DNA of 52,649 bases from a virus (IMGVR_UViG_3300035150_000079:1-52649); one strand, 5' to 3'; numbered from the stretch's first letter, positions 7,984-17,421 are shown. Program-made: numbers and translations. Notes: a model not told the origin generated them from the sequence alone.

Positions 7984-8286
7984 ATGGGTAGCGGCGGAAC
8001 AAGAGTAAGATGTGGTTCTTTTACCGGGACTGGTGCGGCTATAAGTATTACATCAGTAGGATTTCAACCCAGCAAAGTTAAACTTTATAATCTTACTACA
8101 GTTTTTACTTTAGAGTGGAATGAAGCAATGGGCGAAGACGGCGCCGGAGCACTTACTACAGGAAGTACAGGAGTAGTGACGGCTGAAACAACGGCCGGAA
8201 TTAAACCGACAGATACCGGATTTGATTTAGGAACTTCTGCTGTAAATGTTGATGGCGAAGTTATTTACTACGAAGCCCACGAATAA
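7984..8286 (+). CDS. Putative small virion (decoration-type) protein
   Basis: GGAGGT SD; GSFTGTG..ISITSVGFQP beta-rich motif typical of phage structural domains. Confidence 0.55.
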   Translation: MGSGGTRVRCGSFTGTGAAISITSVGFQPSKVKLYNLTTVFTLEWNEAMGEDGAGALTTGSTGVVTAETTAGIKPTDTGFDLGTSAVNVDGEVIYYEAHE

Positions 8287-8301
8287 AAGCGGGGTAGTCC
8301 T

Positions 8302-8676
8302 ATGTCAATAAAATCTTCTCCGAATACGGCACCGTCTTATGCTTTACATAGAGAAGGCGTAACAGCAGCAGATAGCGATATAACCGTATTCACAAAAAAA
8401 GATGGTTGTAATGCGACTATGTATAAATATGCGCATATACAAATTGTTCCTTCTGATGATGCGAATCCGAATGTTGCAGTTTGGTGGTGGAGTGATCAAG
8501 CCGATAGGTTTATCCAGGAGCAAACGCCAATTGCTAAAACTGGAGTAGGAGCAAACACGTCCTATGAGTTCTCGATAGAGCCTATGGGGCGTATTTTCTT
8601 CGTACAAGTAGCTACACTTGCTGAAGGCAGCGTTGATATATTAGTATCGGGATTCGAGTCAATACAACTATCCTAA
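8302..8676 (+). CDS. Putative virion structural protein
   Basis: Beta-rich 124-aa ORF in the late operon. Confidence 0.5.
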   Translation: MSIKSSPNTAPSYALHREGVTAADSDITVFTKKDGCNATMYKYAHIQIVPSDDANPNVAVWWWSDQADRFIQEQTPIAKTGVGANTSYEFSIEPMGRIFFVQVATLAEGSVDILVSGFESIQLS

Positions 8677-8688
8677 TAGGAGGTTGGT

Positions 8689-8952
8689 TTGCCTTATCCA
8701 AATGAACACGCTGCTAGGCAATTAGACCCTAAACAATTTAGACGTTTTGCGCGTACTTCAAGGAATTTCCCTAAAGGCGTATCGGCAATAATAGGTTGGC
8801 TTCCTAATGGTAAAAGCAAAATACAATCGCTACGATTTAACATTAGATATTGGTCGGCCGACCAAGCTAGACGTTGGTTAAGGAAACACGGCTATAAATC
8901 TAATATAGAAGAAGCAACATCTAAACATATTAGTTGGGGGAACATACTATAA
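8689..8952 (+). CDS. Putative head-associated small basic protein
   Basis: AGGAGG SD with TTG start; PYPNEHAAR...QSLRF..W...A..WL..H; C-terminus SWGNIL resembles the scaffold tail. Confidence 0.65.
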   Translation: MPYPNEHAARQLDPKQFRRFARTSRNFPKGVSAIIGWLPNGKSKIQSLRFNIRYWSADQARRWLRKHGYKSNIEEATSKHISWGNIL

Positions 8953-10403
8953 TGGTTGTTTCGCTAAGAGATATTGAAAACGCGGAAAGAAGCGAATTAA
9001 TAGACGGATTAAGTCGTTATCGAGACATACACAACGAGTGGATTAAAAGACAAGTAATAAAGAATAATAGAATTGATATATTGGCTACTGAAGTTCTTGG
9101 ATACCAAGTCCAACCGTTTCATTTGGATATGATGAAATATCAATTCTTACACAGAGATAGCCTACAATTAGCTTTCCGAGGCGCCGGAAAAACTACTGTA
9201 TGTACAATATCTAAGGCAATACATTATTTAGTTAAAAATCCTAATTTACGATTGTTGATTGTTTCTCGAACATCCGGACACGCCGAATCTATATTAAAAG
9301 AAATAAAAGTTCACTTCGAAGACAATGAATTGTTGGCTGAAATATTCGGACGGTATTATGATCCGCGTTTGGTAAGAAAATGGGATAACGGAGAAATAGA
9401 AGTTGCGCCAAGAACTCTTAAAGCGAAAGAATCTAGTATAACAACATTAGGGGTGGGATCGCAGGTCGTTGGTAAGCATTATGATATAATACTTAGCGAT
9501 GATATAGTTGACGAAGATAATTCTCGAACAGAACACCAAAGAGAAAAAGTAAAAACATGGTATTACCAAACATTAGATCCTACGTTAGAACCTCCTGATG
9601 GTTTGATAGAACATAGAGGAGAACACCATAGATTAGGGACGAGATATCATTACGAAGATTTGTATGGTCATTTAATAAAAAATGAATTAAAAGAAGATCA
9701 CAATGTAATACCAGCGTTAGACGACAAAGGAAGAAGCCCTTGGCCGGATAAATTCCCTTCGTCTTGGTTTTTAAAAAAGAAGAGACAATCTGGAATAATA
9801 ATTTTTAACGCTCAATATCAATGCGATACAGAGGCGATGAAAGGAGAAATATTCCAGTACGATTGGTGCCAACTAATAGAACCGGATAATATACCTAATA
9901 AATTAAGAATATATATGGGGATAGATTTAGCTATTACAGAAAAAGAAAGCGGAGATAAATTTGCTATATGTATAATCGGGATGGATAAAGGCGGCAATAG
10001 ATACGTATTGGACTTTTTAGACGAACATCTTAGATTCGGCGAGCAAACAAGAGCCATAATTAAATATTATGAAAAATGGAAACCTATAAGAGGTTGTATA
10101 GAAGTTAATGCTTACCAACAAGCCCAACTCCAACACCTAAAGGATGAATACGATATAGACATAAGAATAAGGCCTGTTAACCAAATTAAAGACAAAGTAA
10201 CAAGAGCTTGGAAATTAGAACCTATTTTCGAAGATAAAAGAATGTTTTTTAAAAAAGAAGGGAATATACATCTTATGATAGAGCAATTAGTTCTATTTCC
10301 TAATCACAGATATAAAGATTTATTTGATGCTTTGGATTTGGCGGTAAGAGCTAGCAAAATAAAAAAAAGAGGTAGCAGAAAAAAGGAACCTGGATTATTT
10401 TAA
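8952..10403 (+). CDS. terL: Terminase large subunit
   Basis: Walker A AFRGAGKTT, Walker B DIILSDDIVD, GTRYH..DLY, nuclease motifs GIDLA and DLFDAL; directly precedes portal. Confidence 0.95.
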   Translation: MVVSLRDIENAERSELIDGLSRYRDIHNEWIKRQVIKNNRIDILATEVLGYQVQPFHLDMMKYQFLHRDSLQLAFRGAGKTTVCTISKAIHYLVKNPNLRLLIVSRTSGHAESILKEIKVHFEDNELLAEIFGRYYDPRLVRKWDNGEIEVAPRTLKAKESSITTLGVGSQVVGKHYDIILSDDIVDEDNSRTEHQREKVKTWYYQTLDPTLEPPDGLIEHRGEHHRLGTRYHYEDLYGHLIKNELKEDHNVIPALDDKGRSPWPDKFPSSWFLKKKRQSGIIIFNAQYQCDTEAMKGEIFQYDWCQLIEPDNIPNKLRIYMGIDLAITEKESGDKFAICIIGMDKGGNRYVLDFLDEHLRFGEQTRAIIKYYEKWKPIRGCIEVNAYQQAQLQHLKDEYDIDIRIRPVNQIKDKVTRAWKLEPIFEDKRMFFKKEGNIHLMIEQLVLFPNHRYKDLFDALDLAVRASKIKKRGSRKKEPGLF

Positions 10404-10415
10404 AAGGGAATAATT

Positions 10416-12179
10416 ATGTCTATTGATAATAATGAAGTAATAAAAATAGGTAAATCGGAAAATGCAACTAGTTCTAAGGCTAATCAAAGAATTCTTAGAA
10501 AAATGGGAGCAAGAATATTTTCCGTTGAAAAACAATCAAATAGTCCAGGCAAATCACAAAGCGTACCACAAGATCCGTTTCATACATTAGCGGCTACGGG
10601 AGATGTAATAGAACCGCCGTTTGATCTCCTCACGTTATCTATGTTGCCTGAACATTGCGGAGAAATGATACAATGTTTAGACGCCTTATCGGTAAATATA
10701 GATGGTTTTAATCACAGATTCGTTTCCAGAGTGAAAAAGGGAACAGACGGCGAAGAAATACCTGAAGAATTGAAAAAGTTAGTTAATAAAGAAAAGGTGA
10801 AATTAATTAATTTTTTCCAATATTGTACGGAAGAAACTTTCGTTGATTTCAGAAGAAAACTTAGAGTCGACTTAGAAACAACAGGTAATTCTTATTTCGA
10901 AGTCATAAGGAATTTTTCAGGAGAAATACAATCATTCGTTCATCTTCCTAGTTATCAAATGAGAATGGGAAGATTAGACGATAAACACCAATTGGTAGAA
11001 AAAAAGATTTTAAAATTACAAGAAGACGGAAGTGTTGTAGTAGATACTATGAAAGTGTTTAGTCGTTTTCGGAAATATGTACAAAGCAAAATAACACATA
11101 GACGTAATCTTTCTACAATAGGCGGTTATAAAACAAGTTGGTTTAAACAATACGGCGATCCAAGGAATTATAGCGTAGAAACGGGCGAAATTGTAGCGGA
11201 CGATTATCCGAAAGATAAATTAGCAAACGAAGTAGTACACTTTAAAATATATTCTCCTAGAACGCCTTATGGCCTTCCTAGGTATATAGGAAGTCTATTG
11301 TCTATATTCGGAGATAGGGCGGCAGAGGAAATAAATTACACTACATTTAAAAATAACAATATTCCTTCTATGGCGATATTAGTAAGCAACGGACAACTGA
11401 CCGAAGGTTCTTTGGATAGAATACAAGATTTCGTAGAAAGCCAAATACAAGGAAGCGATAATTATAGCAAATTTTTATTATTGGAAGCAGAAGGTATTAT
11501 GGAAGGAGAGGAATCTGGTCAACATATCAAAGTTGAAATGAAACCGCTTACCGAACACCAACACAAAGACGCGCTCTTCCAAAATTATAGCAAAGGAAAT
11601 CAAGACAGAGTAAGAAGGGTTTGGAGATTGCCTCCTATATTCGTAGGAAGGACCGACGAATACACAAGAACTACCGCAGAGTCTTCAAGAGTTTTAGCGG
11701 ACGAACAAATATTCGCTCCGGAGCGTAATTCGTTTGACGAATTCATTAATAGGGTCATTTTTCCTGAAATGGATATTGTTTACCATAAATACTGTAGTAA
11801 CAGCCCTAATACTACAGATAACCAACAATTAGTAAAGATACTTTCCGGTAGTGAGAAAACTGGCGGTATGACTCCGATTATAGCAAGGGAGATATTGGAA
11901 GATATATTGAGTAAGGAACTCCCTCCGTTCCCGAAAGATTTCCCGGCTGATACTCCATTTAGTCTTACTATGGCGGAAGCAGTAAAGAATAAAGCGGATG
12001 CATCCGAACCAGGCCAACAAGTTACAGCTCTGAAAGTAAAATACGAATCGGCCGAACAAATTGCAGATGTTATCAAAAACGTTGCAAGTTGGAGAACTTA
12101 TTTGGAAAGCGAATTCGAGAAAGCTATAGAAGACGAGAGAACGCCGGTAGAATTGACCGAAACTGATATGGATGTATAG
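10416..12179 (+). CDS. Portal protein (PBSX/XkdE-like)
   Basis: DLETTGNSYFEVIRN, ANEVVHFKIYSPRTPYGLP, RLPPIFVG, AESSR...EQIFAPER. Confidence 0.92.
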   Translation: MSIDNNEVIKIGKSENATSSKANQRILRKMGARIFSVEKQSNSPGKSQSVPQDPFHTLAATGDVIEPPFDLLTLSMLPEHCGEMIQCLDALSVNIDGFNHRFVSRVKKGTDGEEIPEELKKLVNKEKVKLINFFQYCTEETFVDFRRKLRVDLETTGNSYFEVIRNFSGEIQSFVHLPSYQMRMGRLDDKHQLVEKKILKLQEDGSVVVDTMKVFSRFRKYVQSKITHRRNLSTIGGYKTSWFKQYGDPRNYSVETGEIVADDYPKDKLANEVVHFKIYSPRTPYGLPRYIGSLLSIFGDRAAEEINYTTFKNNNIPSMAILVSNGQLTEGSLDRIQDFVESQIQGSDNYSKFLLLEAEGIMEGEESGQHIKVEMKPLTEHQHKDALFQNYSKGNQDRVRRVWRLPPIFVGRTDEYTRTTAESSRVLADEQIFAPERNSFDEFINRVIFPEMDIVYHKYCSNSPNTTDNQQLVKILSGSEKTGGMTPIIAREILEDILSKELPPFPKDFPADTPFSLTMAEAVKNKADASEPGQQVTALKVKYESAEQIADVIKNVASWRTYLESEFEKAIEDERTPVELTETDMDV

Positions 12180-12190
12180 GGAGGCTAATC

Positions 12191-13261
12191 GTGTGTAATG
12201 CCTGCGAGGAAACGCCCTATTCGCTTATAGATAAATCATACTTGGATTTGTTGTACGCAGATTTGTGGGTGGAAAAAGCTTTAGGATTGAAAGAAATATC
12301 TAGGATAGCCAAAGCTGAAATAAGACTTCGAAAGTATTTAGAGGGAAAGTGGAATGTTAGGAGGAATGAAGCTATTGAATCGGCTGTTGGTTTGGCTAGA
12401 AATAGGAAATCCTATAAAACAATATCATCAAACATAAACAGGATAATGAATAAATGGTCAAGAGATGTTTTACCCGTTTATAATTCTGAAATACGAGAAG
12501 TATACAAATTGGCTAGAATAGCCGGTTATAAAAAAGCCTCGGGCAAAACATCCGCATCATTACAATTCAATATCCCTAAAACAACCCCTATTAAAAAAGC
12601 AGACTCTAACATTTCTGTTGATTTTGATTTGGTAGATGAAAATACAATGGAAGCTTTAGAAAACAGAAATATATTTTGGGTTGGCGAACATTACGATAAA
12701 AATATATCCGATTCGGTAAGAGATACGGCCAAATCTGTTATGGTAGAAGCTGGCGAATCAACTTCGTTAGCAGGCCAATTAATGGGGAAACGTATCAAAG
12801 AGATTTTAAGTAAATTTTCAACTCCTGGTGGATTTGTTGGAACAGAAAAACAATATTTCGAAGGATTGGTTTCTAATGCTATGACAGTAGGAAGAGTGTA
12901 TGGACAAATGCGCTCTTTTTCACAGATAGGTATAACAAGGTATGAGATTGTAAATCCTGGCGGAAGTAGGATGTGCGAAGTATGTGCTAATCTACAAGGA
13001 AAAACTTTCGACATAAAACAAGGCTTAGAACAAATAACTAAAGAATTTAAATCTTCATCTCCAGAAGATATTAAAAAGATACATCCGTGGTTAGCTAGTT
13101 CTAAAGTAATAGGCAAGAGTTCCGATTCTTTAGCGTCAATGGGTCTTTCTTTGCCTCCATATCATTTTAGATGTAGATGCACCATAGACGTATCAAGCGA
13201 AGTCGAATCGTTTGAGGATTTAACGCCTATTCCGTTCCCTGTTCCTTCTAAAGCAGCATAA
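12191..13261 (+). CDS. Head morphogenesis protein (Mu gpF/SPP1 gp7-like)
   Basis: RMCEVCANLQGK and PPYHFRCRC motifs; located after portal. Confidence 0.88.
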   Translation: MCNACEETPYSLIDKSYLDLLYADLWVEKALGLKEISRIAKAEIRLRKYLEGKWNVRRNEAIESAVGLARNRKSYKTISSNINRIMNKWSRDVLPVYNSEIREVYKLARIAGYKKASGKTSASLQFNIPKTTPIKKADSNISVDFDLVDENTMEALENRNIFWVGEHYDKNISDSVRDTAKSVMVEAGESTSLAGQLMGKRIKEILSKFSTPGGFVGTEKQYFEGLVSNAMTVGRVYGQMRSFSQIGITRYEIVNPGGSRMCEVCANLQGKTFDIKQGLEQITKEFKSSSPEDIKKIHPWLASSKVIGKSSDSLASMGLSLPPYHFRCRCTIDVSSEVESFEDLTPIPFPVPSKAA

Positions 13262-13414
13262 AATACAATTAAACGATAATTGTTCGTAACGTACGTAATA
13301 TCTGCTATCTTATATAACAATTATTTTTATTTGTATTGTCAGTATTATGAATAATTATTGCCATTCTTTTTAATTTTCAGTAAGTCATTTTAATCTATAT
13401 ATGTGAGGTGAATA

Positions 13415-14023
13415 TTGAGCAACTCAATTAAAAGAACGGCAATTCCATCTGAAGAAAAAAATAAAAGGGTTGTAACGGCTAAGGTTATTGGTGAAAACGA
13501 TTTGGCTTCTTCAGGAAAGAAAAATCCTGCTTCTGCGGGAAATAGCGGGATACCTTTAGAAGAAGACGAAGACGAAAAACGTAAAAAGAAAAAAGAGATT
13601 AACGAAAGCGTTAACAAAAGCATATTTGTTCCGATAATAAAATCTAGCAAACAAGAAAGAACTATAACCGGAGTGGTTTTACAACCTGAAGTAGTAGACG
13701 CCCAGGGTGATATTATGGACAAGGATGTAATACGCAAGGCAGCACACCGATTCCTATCTAAGTACAATAAGGCAACCGAATTAGGTCTGATGCATAAATA
13801 TTTTGGTGACACAGGATTCGAATTGTATGAATCATGGGTTGCTCCACAAGATGTTGTGATTAAAGACGCTTTGGTCAAAGAAGGTTCTTGGCTTATGACC
13901 GTATATGTTGGAAAAGATAAAATATGGAAAATGGTAAATGATGGAAAACTCAAAGGATTTTCTATTGGCGGCAAGGCAAAAGCCAAGAGTATAAGTAATG
14001 AAAAAGAGGGACTAGATGGCTAA
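13415..14023 (+). CDS. XkdF-like prohead serine protease (catalytic core)
   Basis: TGVVLQPEVVDAQGD..I.KAAHRFL, LMH, ESWV, GSWLM, IWKMVNDGKLKGFSIGG. Confidence 0.88.
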   Translation: MSNSIKRTAIPSEEKNKRVVTAKVIGENDLASSGKKNPASAGNSGIPLEEDEDEKRKKKKEINESVNKSIFVPIIKSSKQERTITGVVLQPEVVDAQGDIMDKDVIRKAAHRFLSKYNKATELGLMHKYFGDTGFELYESWVAPQDVVIKDALVKEGSWLMTVYVGKDKIWKMVNDGKLKGFSIGGKAKAKSISNEKEGLDG

Positions 14024-14840
14024 TGTTCCAAAAAGAAGATTCGTAGAATTGAGTGTAGACGAGGTTTCAATAGTTGATAGTCCAGCAAATGAAGAACATT
14101 TCATTGTTATTAAAAATTTACAGGATTTACAGGAGGTAAACATGCCCGGAGAAAAGAACGAAGAAACCACCAAGGATGTTGTAAAGAATGACGACACACA
14201 ACAGAACCCGGAAAAGATTCCCGTTGAAGTCGATAAGGCTACCGATGAAGCTGTTGCGAAAGCGATGGAACAGGTTGCTGATTTAATCAACAACATCTCG
14301 AAATCTTTTGATAATGTTGGCGAAAAGGCTGGCGACAAAGACGAACAAGTAAGCAAAAAGAAAGAAGGAGAAGAGGAAAAGAAAGAAGGGGGAGAGGAAA
14401 AGAAAGAAGTACAAACGAATAAGAATGCCGAGAAAATCGACGATAATATTCGAGAAGCGGCATCAGAGGCGGTGTACGAAGCAATAGCAAAAGCCAAGCG
14501 TTTTACGCCAACACGAGAAGCAGCTTTGAAGGCCGCCATAGAAACGCTGAATAAGTTAGCAAAAGAGCTTGGCATGCAAGAGATACCGATCGGTTCTTCT
14601 CCGTCTACAAACACGCCGTCCGGTACTACGTTTGGTTCGAGTTCGATTACCAAATCCATGGAAGACTTTGTAGCAAAGTTATCAGCGGGCATGGAAAAGA
14701 TAGTGGAAACCACCAAGAACCTTGACAGCAGGATGGAGAAAATTGAAAAGATGGCTGCTCCGTCGAAAAGCGTAGAAGGCGACGGAGAAACTGATAACAA
14801 AGTAGAAAAGAATCAAAATTTTTGGAAGGGTGTTATTTAA
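14016..14840 (+). CDS. Capsid scaffolding protein with N-terminal protease-derived segment; internal start at 14142
   Basis: Begins ELSVDEVSIVDSPAN, followed by a charged helical body ending FWKGVI; AGGAGGT SD at 14131 precedes the in-frame ATG 14142. Confidence 0.82.
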   Translation: MANVPKRRFVELSVDEVSIVDSPANEEHFIVIKNLQDLQEVNMPGEKNEETTKDVVKNDDTQQNPEKIPVEVDKATDEAVAKAMEQVADLINNISKSFDNVGEKAGDKDEQVSKKKEGEEEKKEGGEEKKEVQTNKNAEKIDDNIREAASEAVYEAIAKAKRFTPTREAALKAAIETLNKLAKELGMQEIPIGSSPSTNTPSGTTFGSSSITKSMEDFVAKLSAGMEKIVETTKNLDSRMEKIEKMAAPSKSVEGDGETDNKVEKNQNFWKGVI

Positions 14841-14894
14841 TTGTCCGTCGTAAACAAATTTACACGTAACAATAGAAACCGATAGGAGATAAAA

Positions 14895-16079
14895 ATGCCT
14901 GATATTTCAAACGAAGAATTAGTCCAGAAAGCAGTTATTACGGCGGATGCCTTAGCCAGCAGTGGCAAATTAAATACGGCACAGTCGAATCGTTTTATTG
15001 ATTATGTGATCGATGAAACTGCGTTAAAAGATAACGCAAGAATCATTCGGTTCAGAAATGAAGATTTGGATATCGATAAAATCGGCGTTGGCACAAGGTT
15101 GGCTGTTCCGAAATCAGAGGCTAGGGATCCTGGTATCCGTAGAGGCGTTACGACCTCTAAAATCACATTAACTCCTAAAGAGATTATGGTTCCTTTTGAG
15201 ATTGGCGATACGTTCCGAGAGATAAACATCGAAGGGGATAGCATTGAAAATCACATTATCTCTATGATGGCTCGTCAAGCGGCAAATGACATAGAGGAGT
15301 TATACATCAACGGTAACACGCTAGGTCCGGCAGAGATTGAAGGGAATATAGTCCCCGGCGGAAGCGATACTCAATATGTCAAAGATAGCTATTTGGCTTT
15401 ATTTGATGGTTGGTTAAAGCTTCTCGATAGCGCCAATATCGTTGACGCAGAAGGAGCCAACATCGGTCTTAGTGTTCTTGGTAAAACGTTTAGAGCGATG
15501 CCGACTAAATTCCGTCGAATACTGAAAGATATGCGTTATTATATGGCGCCTGATTTGGAGCAAATTTACTACGAGAAACTTTCCACCAGAGCTACTTCGT
15601 TGGGCGATTCGGTGGCAGGCGGAATGGGACATAGACCGTTTGGTATTCCTATAGTCGGCGTACCTTTGCTTGATTTCTTGCCTTCCGTAACAGAACATAA
15701 CGTATTCTCGTCTGGCGAGGCGTATTCGTTAGCAAACGCTCCTGTTCAAAACGTTATTGTTACTCCGGCTACTTTGGATGATACCCCTACTACTCCATAC
15801 GTAGAAGACACTGATTATACATTAGACGAAGCCAACGGCATAGTAACCGATATCGGGGGAGCACTTGGTACCGCTAAAATAACATACGATGCGAATCCTC
15901 AAATTCTTCTTACACACATGAACAACTTTATCGTCGGCATCGGAAGAGACGTTAGAATCGAGAAAGATCGAGACATCTTTAAGGGCGTTAATCAATACGC
16001 TATAACGTTAAAAGTTGCTGTACAAATTGAAGAACTTACCGCAGCTGTAAAAACTCGTAACGTAGGACAAGGCGTCTAA
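14895..16079 (+). CDS. Major capsid protein (HK97 fold, XkdG-like)
   Basis: GKLNTAQSNRFIDYVID, DIDKIGVGTR, NIEG, ANDIEEL.INGN, FDGWLK, ILLTHMNNFIVGI.RDVRIE; follows the scaffold gene. Confidence 0.92.
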   Translation: MPDISNEELVQKAVITADALASSGKLNTAQSNRFIDYVIDETALKDNARIIRFRNEDLDIDKIGVGTRLAVPKSEARDPGIRRGVTTSKITLTPKEIMVPFEIGDTFREINIEGDSIENHIISMMARQAANDIEELYINGNTLGPAEIEGNIVPGGSDTQYVKDSYLALFDGWLKLLDSANIVDAEGANIGLSVLGKTFRAMPTKFRRILKDMRYYMAPDLEQIYYEKLSTRATSLGDSVAGGMGHRPFGIPIVGVPLLDFLPSVTEHNVFSSGEAYSLANAPVQNVIVTPATLDDTPTTPYVEDTDYTLDEANGIVTDIGGALGTAKITYDANPQILLTHMNNFIVGIGRDVRIEKDRDIFKGVNQYAITLKVAVQIEELTAAVKTRNVGQGV

Positions 16080-16082
16080 CCG

Positions 16083-16115
16083 ATTAGGATTGGTATTTAT
16101 TCTCCCAATCCTAAT
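16083..16115 (+). terminator. Hairpin directly after the capsid gene (terminator or mRNA stabiliser)
   Basis: attaggattgg (16083-16093) pairs with ccaatcctaat (16105-16115); weak U-tract. Confidence 0.65.
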
Positions 16116-16145
16116 TCACCAATAAGTCATTGATTGGAGGCAAAA

Positions 16146-16562
16146 ATGACAATTAGAGCAAGAGTGGAATTAATAGGCAGTTTTACTCATAGTAGTAAAT
16201 GGAGGACATTCCGTAAAGGAAATCCTCAAATTCTTACAAATCCCGCAGAGATACAATATTACAAAAACCAGCCTAGTTTTAATGTTGTATTGTTGGATTC
16301 TAAAACAAAAGAAAAAGTTGTAAAAGAGGTAATCAAAAAGGTGAAATTAGAACCGCCTCAAGATGAAGTCGAAGAGGCAGAAGGATACGAAGAAGAGGAA
16401 GAAGAATACGAAGAAGAAGATGATGAGGAATCCGGTTATACAGAAGGGATGCTCAAAGATTTTAAGAAATCACAATTGAGAGCCCTTGCTAATGATTTGG
16501 AATTAGATATCGAAGGAACAAAAAAAGAATTGATAGCTAGGATCATAGAGGCTACCAATTAA
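16146..16562 (+). CDS. Protein with acidic linker and C-terminal SAP/Rho-N-like domain
   Basis: GGAGG SD; poly-Glu tract; LKDFKKSQLRALANDLELDIEGTKKELIARI. Confidence 0.75.
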   Translation: MTIRARVELIGSFTHSSKWRTFRKGNPQILTNPAEIQYYKNQPSFNVVLLDSKTKEKVVKEVIKKVKLEPPQDEVEEAEGYEEEEEEYEEEDDEESGYTEGMLKDFKKSQLRALANDLELDIEGTKKELIARIIEATN

Positions 16563-16596
16563 TCGTAAATGTTCCTCGTGATAGATGGAGGGTAAA

Positions 16597-16932
16597 ATGC
16601 CGTTAATAAAAGTGCAAGTCCGCAAAAATATCCACCCTCGTCAAATTGAATTCGGCAATAACGTAGAACGTTCCAAACCTGGAGCTTTATATTTTGTTCC
16701 GGGCACTGTTAAAACAATAACGTTAGACGAATACAATTGGATAGAGAAATACGACAAGAATTTTTTCAAATTTCTTATTGTATTGCCTTCGGATACTAAA
16801 AAAACTCGTTCGGAACGAAAAAACAAGCCTATTCCTGTTCATAAGTCAAAAACTGTTACTAGTGTTGAAAAAAATAGCTCTAAAACAGATGTTGGTAGCA
16901 AATTCATTCCCGATAAAAAGGGGAACGAGTAA
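16597..16932 (+). CDS. Hypothetical protein
   Basis: GGAGG SD before ATG 16597. Confidence 0.65.
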   Translation: MPLIKVQVRKNIHPRQIEFGNNVERSKPGALYFVPGTVKTITLDEYNWIEKYDKNFFKFLIVLPSDTKKTRSERKNKPIPVHKSKTVTSVEKNSSKTDVGSKFIPDKKGNE

Positions 16933-16983
16933 ACAATTCTAATATATTACGCCTTGTTTGGTTTTAGCCAATAAGGATTTCAA

Positions 16984-17421
16984 GTGATAAGAATAAATAC
17001 AAAATATGGGAATACATACAAATTTGATTTGGATGATAGCGACCAAGCACGCAAGCTTATAGGGTTATTAGAAGACCAAAATTTCCAAAATATAATAACC
17101 GGAATAACTTTGTTGCGTACTTACAAACGTAGGCATAGATGTTCTAACGATAAATGTAAACGTACATCTAAGATGATATGTCCGAAGTGCGGTGAACTTG
17201 ATGATGATTATTTTAGATACACTAGTCATTGTACGTTGATTAGACCGCATCTAGAAGGCGTGGAATTCGGAATAGAAAAGGCGCACAAAATAGATGATGA
17301 AGAGGTAATCATCGGAGAAAAATTACTTTGTAAGGCCCGGGGAATAAATTTATCTGTCACACAATATAAACGCCAACCTGCTTCTAGAATAATTTTGGCC
17401 TCAAATGAAACAGATATATAA
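16984..17421 (+). CDS. Hypothetical protein with zinc ribbon
   Basis: CSNDKC...CPKCG. Confidence 0.6.
   Translation: MIRINTKYGNTYKFDLDDSDQARKLIGLLEDQNFQNIITGITLLRTYKRRHRCSNDKCKRTSKMICPKCGELDDDYFRYTSHCTLIRPHLEGVEFGIEKAHKIDDEEVIIGEKLLCKARGINLSVTQYKRQPASRIILASNETDI

Noticed and set aside
8952-10403. Intein or intron in terminase, helicase or ligase
   Set aside because: Protein lengths are normal and no intein terminal motifs or inserted endonuclease domains were seen.
13358-13386. TTGCCA-N17-TAAGTC as a promoter for the protease/capsid genes
   Set aside because: Poor -10 match in a very AT-rich gap; a promoter is likely somewhere in 13262-13414 but cannot be placed.
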